DNA of 26,779 nucleotides from Candidatus Buchananbacteria bacterium RIFCSPLOWO2_02_FULL_46_11b (GCA_001817615.1 MHIR01000023.1:5313-32091); one strand, 5' to 3'; positions 1 to 8,501 are shown, counted from the first letter of the stretch. Translations and numbers: made by a program. The notes: generated by a model from the sequence alone, not told the origin.

Positions 1-46
1 TACGCGCTTTCCAAGCGCGCGCACTAGACCACTATGCGACCTCTCC
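1..46 (-). tRNA. tRNA-Ser(GGA), 5' half; 3' part runs off the window start
   Basis: Reverse complement reads GGAGAGGTCGCATAGTGGTCTAGTGCGCGCGCTTGGAAAGCGCGTA: Ser-type 5' acceptor strand, D-loop GG, anticodon stem CGCGC/GCGCG and loop TTGGAAA (anticodon GGA). Confidence 0.9.
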
Positions 47-72
47 TTGATATATTAAAAATAAACGACGAA

Positions 73-487
73 CTATCCGTTTTTTAACTTTTTTTGTTCC
101 GGCAAAGCTTTAAAATTATTCGCGCTGACTATTTTCTTGCCGGTTTTTTGCTCTAATTCCAGCCGCGCGTTTTTGGCGATTCGGCCGCCTTTTTTATTGG
201 ATTAATCGCAAAATTGTTTCCACGTCAGCCGCGTCAATTTCTCTTAATTTTCCGTCTTCCGCTTCCATTTTCAACCGGTTACATTTTGTAACCGTTTCAC
301 TTCCTTCATTTTTTAAACGATTTTTCAATACTTTCCAATAATTTCTGGCTAATTGAAAATTCGTCTGGTTTGTTAAAACGGCTACGATATCCACCACGGA
401 AAAATACCATTTTTCTTCTTTCTCATCCCAAAAACGGCGGATTTTTTGTCCTTCAAAAATGGCTAATTTTTTGGATTCTTTTTCCAT
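73..487 (-). pseudogene. Bro-N/phage-antirepressor-like protein gene with internal deletion
   Basis: The 97-aa ORF (IFEGQKIRRFWDEKEEKWYFSVVDIV...LRLIQ) stops where this family normally continues. In another frame, 73-198 encodes KKGGRIAKNARLELEQKTGKKIVSANNF..., which resembles the C-terminus of the same family as I recall it. Confidence 0.7.
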
Positions 488-516
488 TATTTTATCCTTT
501 ATAATTCTTCTGATAA

Positions 517-659
517 AAAGAGGCGCCCCGATACCTTGCGGTATACGCGCTATTTGAAAAAATTTAATTTTATATAGAAGTAAGCCGTTAGGCGGTTCCG
601 TGAAATAAAGCCGGAATATTTGAAAGACTCTTTCGGGTTTGGCGCGGGGCGACCTCTCC
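517..659 (-). pseudogene. Degenerate tRNA-Ser(GGA)-derived structured element
   Basis: Starts with the same 11 nt as the tRNA (GGAGAGGTCGC) and shares its upstream sequence. Contains AGCGCGTA (identical to the tRNA anticodon 3' strand) followed by an ATACC-GCAA-GGTAT variable-arm-like hairpin. The 5' and 3' ends pair. Confidence 0.5.
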
Positions 660-678
660 GCGATATATTAAAAATAAA
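649..678. repeat. Direct repeat of 36-65 (tRNA 5' end plus 19 nt upstream)
   Basis: gcgacctctcc-gc-gatatattaaaaataaa versus gcgacctctcc-tt-gatatattaaaaataaa; 28/30 identical. Confidence 0.9.
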
Positions 679-686
679 AAAGATTT

Positions 687-722
687 CCTTGTAGAGACGC
701 AAAATCTTGCGTCTCTACAAGG
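687..722. repeat. REP-like palindrome (GTAG type)
   Basis: Perfect 16-bp inverted repeat ccttgtagagacgcaa / ttgcgtctctacaagg with a 4-nt loop. Confidence 0.8.
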
Positions 723-737
723 CTTTCCAAATAAACT

Positions 738-808
738 CGGCGAATTTTTTTCCTTCAAAAATAGCTAATTTTTTTGATGCTTTTTTCATTATTTTATCCT
801 TTAAAATT
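738..808 (-). pseudogene. 5' remnant duplicate of the Bro-N gene (RBS plus ~17 codons)
   Basis: Aligns to 435-506 and encodes MKKASKKLAIFEG versus MEKESKKLAIFEG. A 1-nt deletion follows, and the frame stops inside the REP palindrome. Confidence 0.75.
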
Positions 809-1439
809 AAATGCCCCCGCTTGCTTGGGGCACTTTCTCGGGCCCCTGATTGGCATAACGTTTAATAAAATCCGTGATTCTTTCAACGGGCAAAGCCTTG
901 CCATCCAGATTAAACGTATCAAGCCGTCCCCAGGCGGCAAGCGCTATATCTGTTTCGTTTGCTTCGCGCGGAGTAATAATGACTTTTGCCGCTCCGAATT
1001 GTTTCAGTTCTTCCTTTATTTCGTCCGCGAGGCGCGGGTGATATGCGATCCAGATATCGCCATGTTCAAGGTTGTGAATAATATTCTGATCGGGAATTGC
1101 TTCATCGCGAAATCCAGATCGGGCGGTTTGGCTGTAGTGCGGTCCCGAGGTTGGCGGGTTTGAGGTGTATTCCGGCAATCGGCTGCCGGCGGCGATATGG
1201 CTTGCCTCCATTACAGGAATAGCGCGGCTAAAATCTTCTTCTTTCGGCGCGGCGCTTTTTGCCAAAAGATAAATGCCGGACGCGGCGGCAGCTATTACGA
1301 GGACGGCCATCGCGTAATTTCTGAAGGCGCGCGCCGAACGCGCTTTTTTCCGCGCGCGGCGCTCGGCCTCTTTTTCCTGCCGGCGCCGTTCTTGCCGATC
1401 ATGTTTGCTTAACGGTTCGTTTGATATTTCGTTGTTCAT
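807..1439 (-). CDS. DUF3105-domain membrane-anchored protein
   Basis: Basic N-terminus, one TM helix, then the motifs YTSNPPTSGPHY, HNLEHG and IALAAWG typical of DUF3105. Confidence 0.85.
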   Translation of the reverse strand: MNNEISNEPLSKHDRQERRRQEKEAERRARKKARSARAFRNYAMAVLVIAAAASGIYLLAKSAAPKEEDFSRAIPVMEASHIAAGSRLPEYTSNPPTSGPHYSQTARSGFRDEAIPDQNIIHNLEHGDIWIAYHPRLADEIKEELKQFGAAKVIITPREANETDIALAAWGRLDTFNLDGKALPVERITDFIKRYANQGPEKVPQASGGI

Positions 1440-1481
1440 AATAAAAATTTAATTAATTTTACAGACAACCGGATAGTGAAG

Positions 1482-1550
1482 TTCGCCTCCAGAGGCGGGC
1501 AAGCGCCTTCGGCGCAGAACCCGCGAGACCCTTTCAGGCCTAACAGTTTT
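1482..1550 (-). pseudogene. tRNA-Ser-like 3' fragment with a palindromic insertion in the T-loop
   Basis: AAAACTGT-T-[16-nt hairpin]-C-GCGGGTTC-[32-nt insert]-GAA parallels the adjacent tRNA (AAAACTGT-T-[16 nt]-C-GTGGGTTCGAA). Confidence 0.4.
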
Positions 1551-1596
1551 TCCGCCGGGAGCGAACCCATCCCTGACGAATAAGACCTGCGGAAAA

Positions 1597-1683
1597 CGGA
1601 GAGGGTGGGATTCGAACCCACGGTGACATTGCTGCCACAACAGTTTTCAAGACTGTCCCGATCGACCACTCCGGCACCTCTCC
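1597..1683 (-). tRNA. tRNA-Ser(TGA), CCA not encoded
   Basis: GGAGAGG/CCTCTCC acceptor stem, anticodon loop CTTGAAA, long variable arm, GTGGG-TTCGAAT-CCCAC T-arm and discriminator G; 87 nt. Confidence 0.97.
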
Positions 1684-1761
1684 TTGATTACATAATAGCA
1701 GGCATTGCTAATTCCTGCCATATTATTAAACCAAATATGCTTAGAAAAGTCAACTTTAACC

Positions 1762-1791
1762 AAAAAAACGCGGCCTGGCGGCCGCGTTTTT
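1762..1791 (-). terminator. Intrinsic terminator after the DsbA-family gene
   Basis: CGCGGCC/GGCCGCG stem with a 4-nt loop followed by a T7 tract on the minus strand, 24 nt past the stop. Confidence 0.85.
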
Positions 1792-1814
1792 AAGGTTTTA
1801 TCGCAAGATATTTA

Positions 1815-2552
1815 TTATTCCAGCAACTCGTCAATAATAGTCTTAAAGGTTTCAATCGGATAAGCGCCTTTGACCAAAGTGTCATTGATAAACGTGCCCG
1901 GCGTGCCGGAAACGCCCGCGGCCTGGGCTTCGGCGGCCTGCTTGTTGATTTTATCCGCGTATTTGCCGGAATCCAAACAGCGGTTGAATTTTGCTTCATC
2001 CGCGCCGAGTTCTTTGGCGTAGGATTTCAGATTATCAACGGTTAGAGCCGACTGGTTGGCAAAAATCTTGTCATGCATTTCCCAAAACTTGCCCTGCTCC
2101 CCGGCGCATTCCGAAGCTTCAGCCGCTTTTAAAGCGTACTGGTGTATGCTGACCAAGGGCAAATTCCGCCAAACCACGCGAATCTTATCGCCGTAATCCT
2201 TCAAAAGCTGGGTGATGGTGGCTTCATGCCGCTGGCAATAAGGGCATTGAAAATCGGAAATCATAATCAAAGTGACTTCGGCGTTTTTGTGGCCGCGGAT
2301 ATAATCGCTGGCAGAAACCGGCGACAATTTCGCGACATCGCCGTTTACTTCCGGCGCCGGCGTTGGCGCTGGTTGAGCCGCGGCATTGGCATTGACGCTC
2401 GCGCCTAAAACTTTGCCTTGATCGCCGCCGGCCGTCAGGCCGCCGGTTAAGACAATGACTAAGCCAGCCAGGCAGACGATGGCAATACCCCAGGAAAAAC
2501 CAAGGGCTAAGCCCTGCTTGCCCGACAGGTCAAAAAATTTTCTGTCATCCAT
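1815..2552 (-). CDS. Membrane-anchored DsbA-family thiol:disulfide oxidoreductase
   Basis: N-terminal TM helix, SDFQCPYC active site, cis-Pro loop GVSGTP, AAEASECAGEQGKFWEMHD. Confidence 0.92.
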   Translation of the reverse strand: MDDRKFFDLSGKQGLALGFSWGIAIVCLAGLVIVLTGGLTAGGDQGKVLGASVNANAAAQPAPTPAPEVNGDVAKLSPVSASDYIRGHKNAEVTLIMISDFQCPYCQRHEATITQLLKDYGDKIRVVWRNLPLVSIHQYALKAAEASECAGEQGKFWEMHDKIFANQSALTVDNLKSYAKELGADEAKFNRCLDSGKYADKINKQAAEAQAAGVSGTPGTFINDTLVKGAYPIETFKTIIDELLE

Positions 2553-2630
2553 AAGTTTTGATTTTTAGTTACTTATTAATAATTTATAGTATTTTAGCAT
2601 TTTTTAAAGACAAAGGTCAATACCGGAGTA

Positions 2631-2758
2631 AAATTACAAATTCCAAGCACCAAATTCCAAACAAATCTCAAATTCAAAATGTAAAGCCTAGGGGTTTTGA
2701 ATTTTGGATTTTGGTGCTTGTAATTTGTTTGGAATTTGTAATTTTGAATTTGTAATTT
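2631..2758. repeat. Heptamer-based (AAATTAC/AAATTCC) inverted-repeat element between gatA and the DsbA gene
   Basis: A-rich left arm faces a T-rich right arm. Positions 2631-2666 are the exact reverse complement of 25400-25435. Confidence 0.85.
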
Positions 2759-2762
2759 CTTC

Positions 2763-4226
2763 TTATAGGATTGGTTTTCGTTTGTGCCAATCCGTCGCCT
2801 GTTCGTAATTGTGGGCGACGCGTAAAATCGTGGCTTCGTCGAAATGTTTGCCAATCAGCTGCAAACCGACCGGCATTTCAATCTGGCCGTCTTGGGGCAA
2901 AGCAAAACCGCAGGGCAAAGAAATGGCCGGCACGCCGGCGATATTGATCGGCCCGGTAAAAATATCGGCCAAATACATCTGCAAAGGATCTTCCATTTTT
3001 TCTCCCAGTTTGAAAGCCATGGTCGGCGCCGCTGGCGCGGCCAGGCAGTCAACTTTTTTAAAAACTTTTTCGTATTCCTGCTTGATTAAGGTCCTGACTT
3101 TGGCGGCTTTCAGGTAATACGCATCATAATAGCCGGCGGACAAAGTATAAGTACCCATCATAATACTGCGCTTGACCTCCTGGCCGAAACCGGTTTGGCG
3201 GGACTGTAGATAATTTTCCAAAAGATTTTCCGCCCGGGCCGAAAATCCAAACCGAACGCCGTCATAGCGGGCCAGATTGGCGCTGGCTTCGGATTTAACC
3301 AGAATATAATAAGTGGCAATAGCATATTTAGTCAAAGGCAGGCTTACATCAACGATTTTGGCGCCCAGCTCCGCCAATTTGGCAATTGCGGTCTTGATCG
3401 TCTTTTCCACTTCTTTGTCTATGCCGGCGACGAAGAACTCTTTGGGCACTCCGATTTTCAGGCCTTTGATGTCTTTTTTTAAATCAGCGGCATAATCGGG
3501 CACCGCCACCGGCGGCGTGGTTGAATCTTTGGGATCGGCGCCGGCAATCGCGTTTAAAACCAAAGCGGCGTCTTCCACGGTTTTGGTTATCGGGCCAATG
3601 GTATCAAAAGACGAAGCGTAAGACAAAACGCCAAAGCGCGAAACCCGGCCGTAAGTGACTTTCAGCCCGACTAGGCCGCAAAACGATGCCGGCTCGCGGA
3701 TGGAGCCGCCGGTATCCGTGCCTAAAGCATACAGGCATTGGTCGGCGGCCACGGCCGCGGCCGAGCCGCCGGAAGAACCGCCCGGCACCCGGCTTAAATC
3801 CCACGGATTTTTGGTCGGGAAAAAACCGGAATTTTCCGTGGAGGAGCCCATGGTAAATTCGTCCAAATTGACTTTGCCCAGCATTACGTAATTATTCGCT
3901 TCCAATTTTTCCACTGATGTGGCGGAAAACGGCGGCACATAGTTTTCTAAAATCTTGGAAGCGGCCGTGGTTTTGACGCCTTTGGTGCAAAAACAATCTT
4001 TAATCGCCGCCGGAACGCCGGCCAAGGGCCGGGAAAAATCGCCGGCCTGGTCCGCTTCTTTGGCTTGTTTTAAAGCCAGATCTTTGGTCAGGGTGATAAA
4101 TGATTTTATTTTATCATCGGTTTTTTCAATCTGTTCAAAACAAGCCTTGGTTATTTCAACCGAGGAAAATTCTTTTTTCTTCAAGCCGTCGCCGGCCTGT
4201 TTAATTGTCAGTTCGTTGAGTCTCAT
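2763..4226 (-). CDS. gatA: Glutamyl/aspartyl-tRNA amidotransferase subunit A
   Basis: Amidase signature GGSSGGSAAAVAA, GTDTGGSIR, RYDGVRFG, GQEVKRSIMMGTY. Confidence 0.98.
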   Translation of the reverse strand: MRLNELTIKQAGDGLKKKEFSSVEITKACFEQIEKTDDKIKSFITLTKDLALKQAKEADQAGDFSRPLAGVPAAIKDCFCTKGVKTTAASKILENYVPPFSATSVEKLEANNYVMLGKVNLDEFTMGSSTENSGFFPTKNPWDLSRVPGGSSGGSAAAVAADQCLYALGTDTGGSIREPASFCGLVGLKVTYGRVSRFGVLSYASSFDTIGPITKTVEDAALVLNAIAGADPKDSTTPPVAVPDYAADLKKDIKGLKIGVPKEFFVAGIDKEVEKTIKTAIAKLAELGAKIVDVSLPLTKYAIATYYILVKSEASANLARYDGVRFGFSARAENLLENYLQSRQTGFGQEVKRSIMMGTYTLSAGYYDAYYLKAAKVRTLIKQEYEKVFKKVDCLAAPAAPTMAFKLGEKMEDPLQMYLADIFTGPINIAGVPAISLPCGFALPQDGQIEMPVGLQLIGKHFDEATILRVAHNYEQATDWHKRKPIL

Positions 4227-4240
4227 CGTTTTACTTTAAT

Positions 4241-4323
4241 CATTAAAACATAAAAACACTGGAACATAAAAACAATCTATTTGAATTTTTGTTTTTATGT
4301 TTTAATGTTCTTGTGTTTTAATG
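4241..4323. repeat. Octamer-based inverted-repeat element between gatC and gatA
   Basis: Perfect 18-bp inverted repeat cattaaaacataaaaaca (4241-4258) / tgtttttatgttttaatg (4290-4307), plus extra partial units. Confidence 0.8.
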
Positions 4324-4357
4324 GGCAATCAGCTAAAAATTATAAAAATAAAAACTA

Positions 4358-4648
4358 CTAAAAGACCGACTTGGTCTTGACCAAATTATCCTCCCGCTCC
4401 GGCGCCAGCTTAAGCAATTCCTCGCGAACCTTTGGGCCAACCTGATTAATGGCATCATCGGCCATCACGTTTTCCAGGCCTGTTACCTGGGCCGTCGGCA
4501 AAACACCTTCGGTGTCCACTTCTTTCAGCTGTTCCACGTAATCTAAAATAGAAGAAAGCTGGCCGGCAAACTTCTCAATTTCTTCCGCCGTCAGGCCCAG
4601 CCGGGCCAAAAGGGCGATATGTTTTACTTCTTGCTTAGAAAGATTCAT
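4358..4648 (-). CDS. gatC: Amidotransferase subunit C
   Basis: 96 aa, EVKHIALLARL...QLSSILDYVEQLKEVDT; directly upstream of gatA. Confidence 0.95.
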   Translation of the reverse strand: MNLSKQEVKHIALLARLGLTAEEIEKFAGQLSSILDYVEQLKEVDTEGVLPTAQVTGLENVMADDAINQVGPKVREELLKLAPEREDNLVKTKSVF

Positions 4649-4688
4649 AATCGTTTTTTAACAAAATTTAGCTGGTTTTTACCTTTAT

Positions 4689-4717
4689 AGTATACAGATA
4701 ATTTTGGGGTTTGACAA
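4689..4717 (-). promoter_or_regulatory. Sigma70-type promoter for gatC-gatA
   Basis: TTGTCA-N17-TATACT on the minus strand, ~40 nt upstream of the gatC ATG. Confidence 0.75.
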
Positions 4718-4739
4718 GCCCGAGATAATATGATATTTT
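4711..4739 (+). promoter_or_regulatory. Divergent sigma70-type promoter facing the gatC-ligA intergenic element
   Basis: Perfect TTGACA (4711-4716), 17-nt spacer, weak -10 TATTTT preceded by TGn. The -35 overlaps the -35 of the gatC promoter. Confidence 0.45.
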
Positions 4740-4760
4740 TATTTTACCACTACCGAAGAC

Positions 4761-5337
4761 GGCAATGAGCTCCGGGCCGCGCGGGGCCTTCCACCTCTCC
4801 GCGGGAGGTTCAACTCCTCCGGCTTATTGCCTCTATAATCTAAATTTTTCCACCAAGGATTTAACAAGCCGGCTGATTGGCCGGTTATAGGTTTAAATCC
4901 TATCGGATCCGCCAAATCTTTGGTTGCGGCGGCCACGGGTAATAACTCCCGAGCCAAAATCCGCTTCACTTTTTCTTTCATGCCGCAACCAAATCTTTTG
5001 CTTTTCTTTGCCCCGGACGGTGGGACCGCAGTCCAACACCGGTATGTCTGCCTCCAACGGCGCTTTCAGGGGCTTTTTTCCCCCGGCCCCGCGCCAAACA
5101 GACGTCATTCCGGGGCAAAATTTTTTCTGCCCGGCATCTCTTTATGAAACCTTAACCAAAGCCATGGGAAGTCTCGCTGCCTTCGGCCCAGAAAGCGCTT
5201 TACCCCGAATAATTCCGTTCTTTAATTTATTTTTTGCCCCGGACGGCGCAATCCCCCAAGGCGCTGGCATGTCTGTCCCAAGCGGCGTTTCCAGGAGTTC
5301 CCCCCGACTCCGCGCCAACCAGACGTCATTCCGGGGC
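4761..5337 (+). ncRNA. Candidate structured ncRNA of unknown family
   Basis: Consecutive stem-loops at 4761-4831, 4856-4901, 4920-4992, 5007-5119 and 5236-5337. G-U pairs and a T-loop favour the plus strand; bounded by a promoter-like and a terminator-like sequence. Confidence 0.5.
5007..5337 (+). repeat. Two diverged copies of a ~105-113-nt structured motif (5007-5119 and 5233-5337)
   Basis: Both copies share TTTGCCCCGGACGG, GGYATGTCTG and CAGACGTCATTCCGGGGC; inner stems show compensatory changes. Confidence 0.9.
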
Positions 5338-5346
5338 TTAAAATTC

Positions 5347-5389
5347 AAAAAGGCGCGAACTGAAAATTCAGGACGCGCCTTCTTTTTTT
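5347..5389. terminator. Probable bidirectional intrinsic terminator
   Basis: AAGGCGCG/CGCGCCTT stem with a T7 tract on the plus side and an A5 tract on the other side; 10 nt past the ligA stop. Confidence 0.75.
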
Positions 5390-5398
5390 CGCGATCGG

Positions 5399-7551
<2,153 letters not shown>

Positions 7552-7553
7552 AC

Positions 7554-8501
7554 TTACTTCACGATAGGCTGCTCGGAAAAAACCACGAAGTCATACAGGC
7601 CGGAGAGCGGCGGCCGCATCGGCGTTTTGGCCCGGACCAATTGGGAGGAATTGCCAAAAATCGCTTTGGCGCCGATATCCAGCCGGCTGGGAATATCAAG
7701 CTTATTTTCTTCCGCCATCGGCTCCTCGGTTTTGTCATAAATGCTTATTTTAAAAATTCCAGGCAAAGGATCGGGAAAAACATTGTTGCTTAAGCGCAGG
7801 ACATAAGAGCAATTCGGATTAATCGGCAGGCAATCCAGACTGGACTTGTCGCAAATCGCCGTTCGATAGCCGCTTGACGAATAACCGCTTGATTCGTCGT
7901 AAATAATCGGCAGGAAGTTCCGGCTAATGGTCGGCCAGGACGGCGCCGGCAAAGAACAATCGGCCGTGCCGCCCAAAAGCCAGGTTAAATTATTCAGTTC
8001 CCCGTAAATTGTCGTGTTAACATTGGCCTGGCCAATCACCAAAAACGATTCAATTTGAGTTTGGGCTTCGCCGGTTTTATAGGGATTAAAAAGATCAATT
8101 TGAACCGATTCGCCGGCCGGCAAATTAACCGCGACTTCTTTTTCATTATTAACCGCAATATCCCAATCTCCTTTTGGCCAAAAAAGATTTCCCTGGCTTT
8201 TCGTAATGCAGCTAAGCCTCGGGCTGATAACCGAGCAAGAACCGTCCGCCTGGCAAAATGAGCCCGCGGCCATTGAGCCGCAATCCCAAACCGCTTCCAG
8301 GCGCCTGACCTGATGCAAAGCGCGCTCCAGGCCGGATTCGGCCAGATAAAAAGCCTGCATGGACTGGTCAATCAGCCGCGATTGCTGAATTTCGCGCAAA
8401 ATCAAAGCGCCGAAAATCGCCGAGGTGCTTAAAATCGCCGTGACGATCAGAATCACCAGAAGCAAGATTACGCCTGATTGTTTTTTGCTCCCTAAAGCCA
8501 T
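7554..8501 (-). CDS. PilX-like minor pilin / pilus assembly protein
   Basis: KKQSG|VILLLVILIV hydrophobic helix followed by QAFYLAESGLERAL (PilX N-terminal pattern); Cys-rich segments. Confidence 0.75.
   Translation of the reverse strand: MALGSKKQSGVILLLVILIVTAILSTSAIFGALILREIQQSRLIDQSMQAFYLAESGLERALHQVRRLEAVWDCGSMAAGSFCQADGSCSVISPRLSCITKSQGNLFWPKGDWDIAVNNEKEVAVNLPAGESVQIDLFNPYKTGEAQTQIESFLVIGQANVNTTIYGELNNLTWLLGGTADCSLPAPSWPTISRNFLPIIYDESSGYSSSGYRTAICDKSSLDCLPINPNCSYVLRLSNNVFPDPLPGIFKISIYDKTEEPMAEENKLDIPSRLDIGAKAIFGNSSQLVRAKTPMRPPLSGLYDFVVFSEQPIVK

Noticed and set aside
600-645. c-di-GMP-I riboswitch resemblance (CAAACC..GAAAGAGT..CAAA..TCCGGC)
   Set aside because: The GGGACGCAAAGC core and P1 pairing are missing.
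637-650. 14-nt match GCCCCGCGCCAAAC to 5086-5099 (opposite strand) and 11-nt match 652-662 to 4793-4803
   Set aside because: A few matches of this length are expected by chance in 27 kb, particularly GC-rich ones; nothing extends them.
1-1700. Intact prophage or integrative element at the tRNA-Ser genes
   Set aside because: No integrase, structural or replication genes; only a decayed Bro-N gene and short repeats.
1436-1793. ORFs 1436..1669, 1449..1640 and 1605..1793
   Set aside because: They overlap tRNA-Ser(TGA) and its flanking palindromes; spurious.
2558-2854. ORFs 2558..2755 and 2594..2854; likewise 25279..25518
   Set aside because: Translations of the heptamer repeat elements; low complexity, and one overlaps gatA out of frame.
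2763-4648. gatC-gatA without gatB as an anomaly
   Set aside because: gatB can be encoded elsewhere; absence from one window is uninformative.
4761-4831. RNase P RNA or tmRNA (TCCGGGC and CCGGCTTAT resemble P4 strands)
   Set aside because: GAGGAAAGUCC is absent and the two pieces are only ~50 nt apart; there is no Ala-type acceptor end or CCA for tmRNA.
5041-5105. HDV-like ribozyme fold (GCC-TCCAAC-GGC resembles P3/L3)
   Set aside because: No upstream strand can form P1 in either copy, and the GGCG/CGCC pairing explains the conservation better.
4761-5337. T-box riboswitch upstream of gatCA
   Set aside because: No UGGNACC T-box antiterminator sequence is evident, and gatC has its own promoter downstream of the element.
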